A stretch of DNA of 64,000 nt from a virus (lineage: Duplodnaviria; Caudoviricetes), in IMG/VR virus record IMGVR_UViG_3300050034_000334; one strand, 5' to 3'. The translations under genes and the position numbers were made by a program. The notes below the pieces were generated by a model. That model was not told the DNA's origin. It saw only the letters and a list, made by a program, of their open reading frames with translations, and made no database searches. Positions within the stretch are counted from its first letter, which is position 1, and each line of letters starts with the position of its first letter. Of the stretch, positions 1-10,711 are shown in pieces.

Positions 1-1
1 A

Positions 2-2251
2 GCGACCTGTCAGAATATAGTTGGCATTGCCTGAGGCCATTACTCCTGTGATGAAAGCTCCATTAGTCTGAGTTCCAGGGACTTGAACTCCATTCACTAG
101 AGTGTATGTCAGTTCTGCTGGGTTGACAAAGATGGAAGCCGTCAATCCAGCTGGATTGTTGTAAACTTGAGCAGTTTGAACTCCCAAATACACCATTCTG
201 CCCAAACTTGTTGCTGAAAGACTCAGAACCATGTAGAGAGGACTTGTTAGACTATTCACACTGAACTTGATGGAACTCGAATTGCTCAGCAGATTCAATG
301 TCAGAGATCCGGTCTCAGAGTAGTTGTACACCACATTGTTGATCTGTTCAGAGAAGGAAGTTCCACGAGTGTAGATGTCAACACAGCCAAATATGTGCTT
401 GCCTGACCTCTTGATGATGAGTCCTGAATCGGAAATATCCGCCGGCAGCCAGTCGCGAAGCATCTCGTCATCTCCGGCAGCGACAACCATGGCTTGAACA
501 ATTCCTGGTGTTTGAATGGCAGTTCCCCAGTACCCGTATCGGGTACCAGTGTCGACTCCGACAATCTTCTTGTTCTTGATGCGCTCTGCGAAACGAGAGT
601 TGAGTTCCGTGTCTACTGCAGGAGAAGTTCCACTTTGATTGATGCAGGACATTCCTTGAGGTACACCAGAAACTGTCTGACGGATAGCTCCAGCACCAAT
701 TGTGCCCACACTTCCTGCTGTCTGACAGACCACCGGAATATCGACTGACCACCAACCCTTTGTGGCGTTGTAGAGACTATCAGCGTATCTCGGATCGATT
801 GAGGCACTTCCCTGAGTGGTGAAGTTCACTGATGCCGTGGAACTATCAGCCAGGGTTGCTACAACGGCTCCCTGCTGAATGCTGATCAAGGTGGTGGGAC
901 GGACATAGGTGAAGAAGGTCACTGTTCCAGCAGAGTATGTGGGACCTCCTCTAGTTAGACCCGCGTCTTCACCGGCCACATCGAAGGCATGGTCGATGTA
1001 TGACTGGATGTCTGTGCTGTTAAGACCGAAGGCCGCCGCCAGCTGCTGTTTCACAGAAGAATCTGAAACTGGGTCACTGTATCCATTCCCATTGGCATTG
1101 TCAATCTGAGCCAAGGCTGAAATGCTCTGGCAGCACAGAGCATACCACTGCCTGACCGACATGTTGCTGATCTCAACAGCGAACGGGTCGATGAAGAGGT
1201 CACGATTCTCTGAACGAGGAGTGAGGTCCAAGTCAGGATAGATTCTGATGATCTGAGAGATCATCCTCTGGGCAACGTCCTCTTTCCTCTGAAGCGCAAG
1301 GAAATCAGTCGGGTTGACTGCCTTCAGGTTGACAAAGCCACAAGTGATCGGTCCGACCTGCTGAGATTCATAAATCTGGTTCGAAGTGGGATCCTGCAGG
1401 ATCGTAGAAGCCACTGCGTAGAAGATATCAGCATTGACGTAGGACTGAGCAATCGAGACTGAGTCAAAAGTCGTAGTCGTGAAGTTCTCTGTGACTGTGT
1501 AACTGAGGGTGTAATTTCCAGTTATGAGACCAGGAGTGTTGACCATCGCGGATTCTAGACTGCTGGTCTGAACATTTGCGGATCGAGTCACGCTATTGAC
1601 CAGATCTCCCACTTGAGCATATGGAACGGTGATGCCAGTAGGATCAGTGCTGATCTGAATCCGAACCCCGAGAAGATTGTTGTAGGGAGGAGTCACCCAC
1701 TCGAGTACACAGGATTGTTGCTGCTTGTAGCAACGGAAACCAGAAGGAGGAGAAATGCGAACAGCCAGGTTGATGTCGTTGTAAAAGACAAGGTAGAACT
1801 GAATTGAAGAATCGGTGGTGCCAGTACTCAGCACGAGGACTTGAGAAGGAGTCGTGATCTGTTGAACAGGTAGATTTCCGGCCCAAAGAAGAGTTGTTGC
1901 CCCGGTTGGCGTGAAGACAGCCTTGCTAGTCACTCCTGTCCAGTAATCAGTGGCTGTAGGAGCACCTGTAATGGTCTTCAGATACATTGCTGTGCTGGCG
2001 TTGAGGATAGTTCCATCAATGACAGCGGTCGCCCCGGTGCTGTCTTGAACGACAGCTTCATTCACGAGGAAGGAGGTCGTGCTGGTCACTGAGCCAGGAA
2101 CTTCAAGATCCAACGGAAATACCTGACTATATGCCTGAACAACCACATTGTTCGTTCCATTCGCAGTTTGCACCAAAAATGGGAGAGAAGCGACATCAAC
2201 CGACAGCGTACTGTTGGCAACAATGTTCGGTGATAGGATAGTCAAGCTCAT
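2..2251 (-). CDS. Baseplate J-like / baseplate wedge protein (3' end runs off the window)
   Basis: Not in the ORF track because it has no stop in the window. Translated by hand from ATG 2251 (ATGA overlap with the upstream stop), open in the stretches checked down to position 2. Contains the Baseplate_J-like segment 'ELNSRFAERIKNKKIVGVDTGTRYGYWGTAIQTPGIVQAMVV'; lies directly after a gp25-like gene. Confidence 0.8.
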   Translation of the reverse strand, partial: MSLTILSPNIVANSTLSVDVASLPFLVQTANGTNNVVVQAYSQVFPLDLEVPGSVTSTTSFLVNEAVVQDSTGATAVIDGTILNASTAMYLKTITGAPTATDYWTGVTSKAVFTPTGATTLLWAGNLPVQQITTPSQVLVLSTGTTDSSIQFYLVFYNDINLAVRISPPSGFRCYKQQQSCVLEWVTPPYNNLLGVRIQISTDPTGITVPYAQVGDLVNSVTRSANVQTSSLESAMVNTPGLITGNYTLSYTVTENFTTTTFDSVSIAQSYVNADIFYAVASTILQDPTSNQIYESQQVGPITCGFVNLKAVNPTDFLALQRKEDVAQRMISQIIRIYPDLDLTPRSENRDLFIDPFAVEISNMSVRQWYALCCQSISALAQIDNANGNGYSDPVSDSSVKQQLAAAFGLNSTDIQSYIDHAFDVAGEDAGLTRGGPTYSAGTVTFFTYVRPTTLISIQQGAVVATLADSSTASVNFTTQGSASIDPRYADSLYNATKGWWSVDIPVVCQTAGSVGTIGAGAIRQTVSGVPQGMSCINQSGTSPAVDTELNSRFAERIKNKKIVGVDTGTRYGYWGTAIQTPGIVQAMVVAAGDDEMLRDWLPADISDSGLIIKRSGKHIFGCVDIYTRGTSFSEQINNVVYNYSETGSLTLNLLSNSSSIKFSVNSLTSPLYMVLSLSATSLGRMVYLGVQTAQVYNNPAGLTASIFVNPAELTYTLVNGVQVPGTQTNGAFITGVMASGNANYILTGR

Positions 2252-3018
2252 GGGGTGTTGTTCGCTCTCAGGGTGAAATTGATGTTTTGCAGTGACGATG
2301 CTTTCTGGTTAGAGGTGACTGCAATTGACACTCTGACCAGATTTGGATTGTTCGGATCTTGCTGAGCAGAAATGCCATTGATCGCTACAAGAGTCTCTCC
2401 GTTATCCAAATGTTGAATGGTTGCTTGTGACCTTTGAATGTTCTGCATGTTGGTCAGAGCATTCGTGACCTCTTGACTGATATCGGTGTCTGTGATGTTC
2501 ACACCAAACTTCTTACCGATGTAGTCCTTGATGTGACACACAAGCTGAGGATAAAACCCACAAGTCGACGTGAGGATCCACTTCAGGCTGCGCTGTATGA
2601 GTTTGTCCTGTCCCCAAATATGGAGCAGGCCGCCAGAATTTTGAATGTGCAAATCATTGACGTGCGAAGTTCCATTGCAGCGCAAACAGAAATCCACGAA
2701 TGTTCGGTACGAAACTTCCAGCAGAGGCTGAGATAGCCGAACCTCCTGTTTGAACATGATCTTGAAGAAAGGTTCATCAAGAGAAAGAGTATCCGGATCT
2801 TTGAGAACCTGCCAACCATACAAGTTATGATTCTGAGGAACTGCAACTCCGCCTATGAACACCTTGATCTGACTGGCACCATTCAAAGGAGCTCTCATGC
2901 TCATGTTTGGATCAGCCGCCAGCAGAAAGGTCCGATAATCAAACGGACTTACGGCATACCTCTCCAGGGATTGAAGATGGTCACAACCTGCCGACTTGAT
3001 GGAGAGGTCATAGCTCAT
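2248..3018 (-). CDS. Baseplate protein with C-terminal gp25/GPW-like domain
   Basis: C-terminus 'LKWILTSTCGFYP...ETLVAINGISAQQDPNNPNLVRVSIAV' resembles gp25-like sheath initiators. Start placed at ATG 3018 (ATGA coupling). Confidence 0.65.
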   Translation of the reverse strand: MSYDLSIKSAGCDHLQSLERYAVSPFDYRTFLLAADPNMSMRAPLNGASQIKVFIGGVAVPQNHNLYGWQVLKDPDTLSLDEPFFKIMFKQEVRLSQPLLEVSYRTFVDFCLRCNGTSHVNDLHIQNSGGLLHIWGQDKLIQRSLKWILTSTCGFYPQLVCHIKDYIGKKFGVNITDTDISQEVTNALTNMQNIQRSQATIQHLDNGETLVAINGISAQQDPNNPNLVRVSIAVTSNQKASSLQNINFTLRANNTP

Positions 3019-3638
3019 GTTGTTGTCGTAGGACTCTGATAAGTGCGGTTGGAAATTGCCAGTTCCCAAGGAGTTGGAGGATCCATCTGATTGACCCGGA
3101 ATCTCGCCACTCCTTGGTATAGATCTGTCGTGTCCTGAACCAACACCGCCTGGTATTGGGGTTGAGAAAACATGTTTTCCAGGTTCTGTAGCTGAGTTGT
3201 AGTTTCTGTCGCCGCGCCATTGGCGTCCTGGGCATCATCCTCATTCATCTCTATGAGAGTTCTCACATGGTTCATGGAGAACACGCCGTCATCTTGACGA
3301 TTGAGAGTGTGCTGAAAGTTGTCCTTGATGGTAGACACAGTCACCATGGGAGCATGATCATTTCTGTAGGCATACGAGAAGTGACCATTGGGACCGGGCT
3401 TCCACGAATCTTTCTGGAATGTGGGAGTCAGAGGCTCCTCGTGAAACTCTGCATAGTACTGCTCTAGCAGACCGGCTGTCTTTCTAAACTGCTGAGCACG
3501 CATCTGATGATGCTGCTGGATCGGAGTGAAGTTGGCCGCCTTCTTGTTTACCCAGCTTTCAAACGCAACTTTCTGGCTGTGAGACAAATGGCCCAGGAAA
3601 TTGAAAGGAGGTCCGATGTTTGCATACGAAGTCGACAA
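3015..3638 (-). CDS. Hypothetical virion (baseplate operon) protein
   Basis: 207-aa ORF, TTG start with GGAGG Shine-Dalgarno, translationally coupled within the baseplate operon. Confidence 0.7.
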   Translation of the reverse strand: MSTSYANIGPPFNFLGHLSHSQKVAFESWVNKKAANFTPIQQHHQMRAQQFRKTAGLLEQYYAEFHEEPLTPTFQKDSWKPGPNGHFSYAYRNDHAPMVTVSTIKDNFQHTLNRQDDGVFSMNHVRTLIEMNEDDAQDANGAATETTTQLQNLENMFSQPQYQAVLVQDTTDLYQGVARFRVNQMDPPTPWELAISNRTYQSPTTTT

Positions 3639-3649
3639 TCAAGCCTCCA

Positions 3650-5872
3650 TTATCCAACGAAATAGCTGACCGTTACCGAGAAATAGTAGAAGAAGCTGCG
3701 GGTGGTGCCATTGTCTACAATGGTCACTTGGAATCCGACACCGAAGGAAGAATCATTGACGATTGCCGGCGTGAGTGCTGCACCCCACATGTCATTTCCT
3801 CCGCCAAATCCCACCACTGTTGGAGAACTCTGATTGTAGAGGCCAGGGTTCTTGGCGGTGCCAATTATGCTTCCCTGATAGAACAGAGCCACTCCTGTGA
3901 GAATACCATCTCCAGCATTCTGACCTTGCCAATCCACACTTGCCGATACACCGTAGATGGTCGCATTAGAGGGTACTCCGAGCCCAAAGCCATAGGCTCT
4001 GATGTAGTCAGTAACTGTGCCTCCGCCGACACCTTCCTTTGTACGGAGCGCATTGGCTCCTTGGAAGTTGTTGTACTCGTACTGCGAGGTGTTGTATGTG
4101 AGAGAAGCAGAATTGGGATAGGTCGTACCCGCTTTGTTCAGTACAGTTACACTTACGACGGTTATGGGCACGTTGCCTCCGTAGTAAGTGAAATTTGAGT
4201 GTGTAACAAAGCTGGTTCCATACAGATAGGTGACTGGTCCAGAGATAGTGACATTCAAGTTGGAGACAACCGTACTGCTGACATTCACCACCGGAGTGGC
4301 TACAGCCGTCCATCCAGTGATCCAAGCATTCCCAGTGCCACCCATCACTGGAGTGGCTGTCACTACAGCAGAGCCAAAATAGGAATCAAACGTGAGAACA
4401 CAGGTCGTTCCATTTTGCAGCGGAGGCAATGGCTTGACCAGGGAAATAGTGAACGTCACCGGACTGCCATCAGCTGCCACTGATGTGGGACTGACGTTTG
4501 GAGATGCTCCTATTCCTGGATTTACCAGCCAGTCAACTTCAATTCCTAAACTCTGACCTCCACCCTGACTTGTAACTTGGAACATATCGGCAAATCCGGA
4601 TCTGTACCAAGCCAGGTCGTCCTGTGTAATGGTGATGTTGGTCTTTGCCACATTGGGATCAGAGGAGTTGCCATTGTAGTACAGGCCGACAGACCCTGAT
4701 ACGGGATACGTGAAACTCAACTTGCCTGAATAGCTTCCGTTGTCTCCGGTTACATTCAACATCCCTGGTGGTGGATTGGTTGGAGATGCTCCGTTGAAAC
4801 TGGGAAGAACGAAGTCCGTTCCGCTAGATGTGCTGTTCGTGAGGAACACATATCCAGTGGAGCCTTCCAACAAGCCCAAATAGGGACGAGTGTTGTAACT
4901 AATCCCCTGAACTTGGACATTGATTGTTGCTGAAGATCCTACCACATAGGGACCCTGGCTGGTTGGAGTCAAAACCAAATTGCCATTAATGGCGCCAGGA
5001 GGAGCAGGAACGATGGTGGAAGCAACTGGAAGGATCAGAGATCCGGCTCCAGTTCCGTAGAAGAGGTCGAACTGGCATTGAGAAGCACCAGAAGCGAAGC
5101 AGATTTCAAACGGATAGACACCTGCAGTCGGGAAGTTGACCACAAAATTATCGGTCTGATTGTATGGATAGACCGAAGGAGGACCTGTAAGACCAGAATC
5201 TCCAAGCAATGGACTGTATCCCTTGATCGGAGTTGTGATCATGCCATTGAATCCCTGACGACCTGAGACGTACGAAGCACCCTGAATGGCGATAATGCAG
5301 GTAGAGTTCAGGACCGCCATCAGATTCATGTTGCCTGCGGACCCAACTACAAAGTTACCAGTGAGACACACCAGAGAAGGATAACTGGCGATGGTTTGAT
5401 CACCACCATATCCACCGGCTGAAGTAACAATGTTGCTGACAAACGGATTGGCTTGGTTGCCAACTGCGTGAGGATCTCCTGAAAACGAGCTCTGTGGGAA
5501 TGTATTGAACATCAAGCCGCTGATGCCGGACGCCACTGCGTTTCCAAAGTTACCGGCTGTCAATCCTGATGGGAAATTTGCGTTGTAGTTGGCTGTGTTC
5601 ACATACGCAGTGACCGGAGTGACAGCGATTGGACCATTGGTGGCTTGCCATACCACATTGACAGCATTGGACGTCAAACCAACACGAGAGATGGTAGCCT
5701 GAATGCTATCAACACCTGCTAATGTGCCGATGTCAACAATTGTTCCAGTTCCAGATCCTGTAGTTCCGGATCCTGATCCAGAAGTAGTGGAAGTATCGAC
5801 AGAAATGGAGCCAGTTCTAGGACTCCCTCCTCCCGATGGTGTAATGGTATAGTTGACTGTCTCTCTCGGCAT
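3650..5872 (-). CDS. Tail/baseplate appendage protein with PA14-like carbohydrate-binding domain
   Basis: About 740-aa G/S/T/N-rich beta protein; 'VVNFPTAGVYPFEICFASGASQCQFDLFYG' resembles the PA14 C-terminal strands. Start moved to ATG 5872 behind GAGGA. Confidence 0.55.
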   Translation of the reverse strand: MPRETVNYTITPSGGGSPRTGSISVDTSTTSGSGSGTTGSGTGTIVDIGTLAGVDSIQATISRVGLTSNAVNVVWQATNGPIAVTPVTAYVNTANYNANFPSGLTAGNFGNAVASGISGLMFNTFPQSSFSGDPHAVGNQANPFVSNIVTSAGGYGGDQTIASYPSLVCLTGNFVVGSAGNMNLMAVLNSTCIIAIQGASYVSGRQGFNGMITTPIKGYSPLLGDSGLTGPPSVYPYNQTDNFVVNFPTAGVYPFEICFASGASQCQFDLFYGTGAGSLILPVASTIVPAPPGAINGNLVLTPTSQGPYVVGSSATINVQVQGISYNTRPYLGLLEGSTGYVFLTNSTSSGTDFVLPSFNGASPTNPPPGMLNVTGDNGSYSGKLSFTYPVSGSVGLYYNGNSSDPNVAKTNITITQDDLAWYRSGFADMFQVTSQGGGQSLGIEVDWLVNPGIGASPNVSPTSVAADGSPVTFTISLVKPLPPLQNGTTCVLTFDSYFGSAVVTATPVMGGTGNAWITGWTAVATPVVNVSSTVVSNLNVTISGPVTYLYGTSFVTHSNFTYYGGNVPITVVSVTVLNKAGTTYPNSASLTYNTSQYEYNNFQGANALRTKEGVGGGTVTDYIRAYGFGLGVPSNATIYGVSASVDWQGQNAGDGILTGVALFYQGSIIGTAKNPGLYNQSSPTVVGFGGGNDMWGAALTPAIVNDSSFGVGFQVTIVDNGTTRSFFYYFSVTVSYFVG

Positions 5873-5880
5873 TTCAGTCC

Positions 5881-8800
5881 TCAACCCGCGTAGTAAGTTG
5901 GAATGGAGCCACTTGCAGGTACCAAGTAGATCGCTTCACTCGTGTACTGCAGCCACTGAAAAGTGACCGATTTTGAAATTCCCTTGTCAATCACTGACAC
6001 GGTTATGTTGTTGCTTCCCGTTGAGCCAACTAATGACCCGGTCAGTTGAATCAGAGCCACCGCACTGCCTGAAGATCCAGTTACAGATGTTACAGTTGCC
6101 GAAACTCCTGGTACTGAAGTGGATGCTGAAATAGTGCTAGTTGAAGTAGAAATCACTCCAGTTGCAACCACATAGAACGACATGTTCGGACGAGGACTGA
6201 CTGAACTGATGTTACCAGCATCCACTCCTCCTACGAATCCACTTGGAGATCCTCCAGCAACATAGTCCGGCCCTGACACCAGATACAAGTTAGAAGCTAC
6301 AGTCAGAGACAAGGTCCTTGTGACATAGGCTGTGGTAGAATCTGTCAGCCGGAAAGTGAAGCTGTATGTTCCAACCGCAGTCGAAGTGCCTGTGATAGCT
6401 CCAGTCGAAGCATTCAGATTCATGCCAATTGAAGACAAAGAAGCTGCTGAGGAAGGATCAATCGACCAAGAATAAGCTCCCACACCGCCAGTTCCAGTCA
6501 GAGTGGCGGCGCTGTAAGCCACTCCTGCTGTTGAGTTAGGAAGTGAAGAAGTGGTAATGACCAGAGTCGTATTCTGAACCCTGATGCTGAGAGTGGCTGA
6601 AACCCCGGTGTCTCCAGTGTATCCAGGGACTCCAGACAAAGCCGCATTCAAACTGTCAGTGGCCGTCACAGTAAAGGTCGAAGTGTCAGTTGCAGAAGGA
6701 GTTCCAGATATCACTCCTCCAGAACTCAGAGTCAGCCCAGTTGGGAGACTTCCAGAAGTGAGAGCCCAGCTAACAATCGGAGGATTGTTGGTGGTGGCCG
6801 CCAGGGTAGTGCTGTAAGTGCCTCCAGCAATTCCATCCGGTACAGCAATGGTTGTAACCTTGACCGATGACACAGTCGTGAAAGGAACAGGACCCGTGAA
6901 ATTCTGTCCTAGGCTGTCCTGCACCATGAAGGTGTAGTTGGCCGCCGTGAGAACTAGGTCACAAGTTCCCGAAAGTCCACCGTTGTAAGTGTATCCACTT
7001 CCACGAGTCATCTGTAAATAGTTGGGAAATGCAGGTACTCCCGTGTAGTTCCAGGTATAGGGTGGGGTGCCTCCTAGAGCACCTAGAGTTCCAATGTATC
7101 CCTGTCCACCATAGGGAGCACGAGTGATCGGACCAACACCAGAAATATCAATTGACATGGTGTTAACAGTAACTGAAATCGTAAACACCTCTGAGGTTGT
7201 GACACTAAGGCTATCAACAACCTGAATCGTCACAGATTGAGGTCCTGACAATGTTGCCGGCCCAAGGCCACTGATAGCACCACTCGAATTCATTGTAATT
7301 CCTGCAGGAAATCCTCCAGCAATTACTGACCAAGTGTATCCCAGACCAGATCCTCCACGAGCCGACATCTGAGCATTGTAGTAAGCCGATTGTGTTACGC
7401 TTGGAAGAGGAGAAGTGTTGATAATGATCAGAGAGTCATTCAGAGTGATCGGCAGGGAAGTAGTTGCCTTCACCCCTCTCGAGTCTGTGAGCGTGATCCC
7501 CAGAGTGCTCGAGAAAGCCGTGAGTGCTGTTGTTCCAGAGATAATTCCATTGGGGATCGCAACCGGCAACGATGAAGTCGAAGGTGTGAATCCTGAAGGA
7601 AGACTTCCACTGGTCAGTGTCCAAGTGTACGGTCCGACTCCTCCAACTCCCTGCAGGGAGTCACTGTACGCAATAGACGGGAAAATCTGATCAAGATAAC
7701 CTGTGAGGATCGCCAGAGGAGTGACATACTTGGAAACGAATCTCTTGTAGAGGAACCCAACCGCCCCGGTTGTCGCTATGACCTTGAACCAGACATCAAA
7801 GTATCCGGATTCCGTAGTCGTTCCCGCGACCGTCACTTGTGTTGGAGTCACACTGTTGACCACTGCTGTGATTCCAACAGGGAGCCTTCCTGCAACGATG
7901 GACACCGAAGACAAAGTTCTGTCGGCTTGAATTGACCCAGAATACGGAAGCTGAATGGTGCAATAGGGACTTCTGGGATCACCAAGGTTATCGGTCAAAA
8001 TCACCACACCAGCATAGTTGTTCCAAGTGATCGTGACTGTTCCAGTAGTCACATTGGCAACTATGTAGTTCAGGACTGTCGAATAAACATTGGTGGAAGT
8101 GAGGTATCCATAGATCAACCCAGAACTTGAATCCAATGACAAGCCGCCCGGCAGGAAAGATCCAGTTGCCAGCGAAACTGTGCAACCTGCTCCTTTGCCG
8201 AACGATGGTGAGTTGAAGAAGGGCTTCAGTGGATTCAGGGTTACTAGATTTCCGACTAGATACGGAATAGCTGAAGAACTCAAGTTTCCACCCACAACCG
8301 CCAAAGTTGCGCTGTTGGAGTTCTCCACTGTGTACTCATGGCTGACAGTTGCCACCTGATTTCCTGCAGCGAGAATTGGAACTGAAGTCGTTCCATTGGC
8401 ACTGCCGAAGAAACTGGGAGAAACTATCTGCTGGAAGATCAGGTCTCCGCTCGTCAGAGTGATGCTGATTCCGTTTGCCGAAGTTGCTGAGTACGAACCC
8501 AGGGTCAACCCAGACAAGTTCGAAGAATCGAGGGGAAGAGAAACTGTCGTTGTTGTATCCCCTGATTCCCAAAGATGATCAACAATCGGATTGTACAATC
8601 CAACATTGGCAACCTGAAGACCGACCGTGTAACTGACACTTAGATTTTCGGTGTGGGAAGCAGAGTCAGTGACCAAGAAAGACAGGGTCTGAATTCCGAT
8701 TCTACCAACTGTTGGAGTCAGAAGAAATTCCCAACGACCGTCAATCAAGGCCCCGGAAGATGTGATGCCGGCTCCGTCAGTCATGACTACAGTGTAAGGT

Positions 8801-10701
8801 CCAACTCCACCAAAGATTCCCAATCCGATTCTGAACGTCTCTCCAGCAAAGACTACTGGCAACTGAGAAGGGTCCAAAGTCAGCGTGGCAGGAGTAAGAT
8901 CGATGCCAAAGTACTGCATGGCAACGGCTCCAATGGCATCAGCCACTTGAATCGTGACAAAGAACGGTGTCGTGAAATCAGTTGTGGAGTTGTCTGTGGT
9001 CGGATATCCGCTTACGAGACCGGCAGAATTCACGATCACATTGTTGGGCAAACTACCAACCGAACCTGGAGTAACTGACCAAGTGAACGGTGCAATGCCT
9101 CCGGTATTCAGCATCTGGTAGGAATAGCTCGCCATCACTTGTGCTGAAGGCAGGTAGACATTTCCGTTGATGATGGGAAGACCAGTTGTGTTGATCGCCA
9201 GGTTGCTACGAACAGCGACGTCTACAACAATAGTATCGATGAATTCCGGGTTGCTGCTGTCACTCACTGAGAAGGTACACTGGTAGATTCCCAGAACCAT
9301 CGGAGTTCCTGTTAGCGTTCCATCAATTGAAAACTTGAGACCATAGGGAAGATCTGCAGCGTACCAGCTGTAAGGAGCGATTCCTCCAGAAGCCGTGAAG
9401 CTGATTTCACCCATCGGCAGACCAGCAATCACATCAATTTCAGGAGTCGTTCCTACCGCATTCACCAAAGGAAGATTGGAAGAATTGATGACTACTGGAG
9501 AACTGCTGGAAGTTGCCGCTGTGAGAGCAGGTGTGATATCCATCAGATCCTGCACCTGAGGTCTTCCAATGAGCGGAAAGACATCTGCTGCCATGGTGCC
9601 CAGAATTGAACTGGCGTTCTGGTAGCGAGACAATGCCACCAGCAGCTTCAATTCATTGGTCACCGTGTCGCGAACCAAAGATCTCATGATCACAGCATAA
9701 GGTTCGGGAACTCCTCCAGCCAGCGCGTCTGTGATCTCGAAGCCGGTGGTGCCATACATGCCCACCGTTCCCGTGATGATTTCTGACGAGGCCTGAGTTG
9801 GAACCCAAACTGAATTGCTGACAAAGATCGATTTGGTGATGGACCGGCGAAGTTGAACTGCCGGCGAGGCAGTCGAGTAGTCATTCTGGACTTCAACTGA
9901 AAACGTGACCGCACCAGAATTGCCAAAGATATGGCTGACCGTCTGTACACTGATGGGAAGCCAGGCAGTTGCCCCTGTTGAGAATACCAGACGCCACTGA
10001 GATGCACCAGTGTAAGTGCCAGATAATGAAATGAGAACTGGCTGGTTGATCTGAGCCGTGGTTAGGTCAACTGCCACCGAACTGTCAGTGAAGACGCTTG
10101 GAAAACTGAGGTAGTTTGTCCATCCAGGAGCATCGGCATAGTCCGGATCAGCCGACAGGGCCTGCATTTTGACACTGTATCCGTCCAAGGTTACAGTCGT
10201 CCGGAAAGAACGTGAACTGAGGGTTCCTCCAAACTCCAAACCTGTGGGAAGATTTCCTCCCACCGACTGAAGTAGAGGATCAGTGGGATTGGAAGCCGCG
10301 ATCAGCCAAATGTTCCAGTCATTGTAAACGGAGTATCCACCGTTGACTGCAGCCGGATTCCAAGCCAGTGTCAGAGTGAGATCCTCTTCAATATAGCCCA
10401 AAGTGATGGCATCCTGAAGAGGAGTTGGATTAATGGCGAGGCTGATGGTTGTTGTGGCTGTCTCTGCGGTCGGAGTAGTGGAATCTACGACTGAAAATGC
10501 CACTGAGTACGGTCCAATGGCCGACAACGATGGAGTTCCAGTGATCGCTCCGGTAGCAGTATTGAGCACCAGTCCATTCGGGAGACCTGCTGCACTGTAT
10601 GTGTACGGAGTGATGCCTCCAGTAGCCACCACGGCATTGCTGTAAGCGATGCCTGCTGTACCACTTGGAAGAGAAGTCGTAGAGAAAACCAAAGTTGACA
10701 T
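5881..10701 (-). CDS. Large virion protein with many putative Ig (He_PIG/cadherin-like) repeats
   Basis: Repeated units such as 'TTSLPSGTAGIAYSNAVVATGGITPYTYSAAGLPNGLVLNTATGAITGTPS' and 'SWALTSGSLPTGLTLSSGGVISGTPS' across 1606 aa. Confidence 0.85.
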   Translation of the reverse strand: MSTLVFSTTSLPSGTAGIAYSNAVVATGGITPYTYSAAGLPNGLVLNTATGAITGTPSLSAIGPYSVAFSVVDSTTPTAETATTTISLAINPTPLQDAITLGYIEEDLTLTLAWNPAAVNGGYSVYNDWNIWLIAASNPTDPLLQSVGGNLPTGLEFGGTLSSRSFRTTVTLDGYSVKMQALSADPDYADAPGWTNYLSFPSVFTDSSVAVDLTTAQINQPVLISLSGTYTGASQWRLVFSTGATAWLPISVQTVSHIFGNSGAVTFSVEVQNDYSTASPAVQLRRSITKSIFVSNSVWVPTQASSEIITGTVGMYGTTGFEITDALAGGVPEPYAVIMRSLVRDTVTNELKLLVALSRYQNASSILGTMAADVFPLIGRPQVQDLMDITPALTAATSSSSPVVINSSNLPLVNAVGTTPEIDVIAGLPMGEISFTASGGIAPYSWYAADLPYGLKFSIDGTLTGTPMVLGIYQCTFSVSDSSNPEFIDTIVVDVAVRSNLAINTTGLPIINGNVYLPSAQVMASYSYQMLNTGGIAPFTWSVTPGSVGSLPNNVIVNSAGLVSGYPTTDNSTTDFTTPFFVTIQVADAIGAVAMQYFGIDLTPATLTLDPSQLPVVFAGETFRIGLGIFGGVGPYTVVMTDGAGITSSGALIDGRWEFLLTPTVGRIGIQTLSFLVTDSASHTENLSVSYTVGLQVANVGLYNPIVDHLWESGDTTTTVSLPLDSSNLSGLTLGSYSATSANGISITLTSGDLIFQQIVSPSFFGSANGTTSVPILAAGNQVATVSHEYTVENSNSATLAVVGGNLSSSAIPYLVGNLVTLNPLKPFFNSPSFGKGAGCTVSLATGSFLPGGLSLDSSSGLIYGYLTSTNVYSTVLNYIVANVTTGTVTITWNNYAGVVILTDNLGDPRSPYCTIQLPYSGSIQADRTLSSVSIVAGRLPVGITAVVNSVTPTQVTVAGTTTESGYFDVWFKVIATTGAVGFLYKRFVSKYVTPLAILTGYLDQIFPSIAYSDSLQGVGGVGPYTWTLTSGSLPSGFTPSTSSLPVAIPNGIISGTTALTAFSSTLGITLTDSRGVKATTSLPITLNDSLIIINTSPLPSVTQSAYYNAQMSARGGSGLGYTWSVIAGGFPAGITMNSSGAISGLGPATLSGPQSVTIQVVDSLSVTTSEVFTISVTVNTMSIDISGVGPITRAPYGGQGYIGTLGALGGTPPYTWNYTGVPAFPNYLQMTRGSGYTYNGGLSGTCDLVLTAANYTFMVQDSLGQNFTGPVPFTTVSSVKVTTIAVPDGIAGGTYSTTLAATTNNPPIVSWALTSGSLPTGLTLSSGGVISGTPSATDTSTFTVTATDSLNAALSGVPGYTGDTGVSATLSIRVQNTTLVITTSSLPNSTAGVAYSAATLTGTGGVGAYSWSIDPSSAASLSSIGMNLNASTGAITGTSTAVGTYSFTFRLTDSTTAYVTRTLSLTVASNLYLVSGPDYVAGGSPSGFVGGVDAGNISSVSPRPNMSFYVVATGVISTSTSTISASTSVPGVSATVTSVTGSSGSAVALIQLTGSLVGSTGSNNITVSVIDKGISKSVTFQWLQYTSEAIYLVPASGSIPTYYAG

Positions 10702-10711
10702 GCCTGCTCCG

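Noticed and set aside
301-1886. Short ORFs listed in the first 1.9 kb
   Set aside because: Shadows of the long minus-strand baseplate gene 2-2251.
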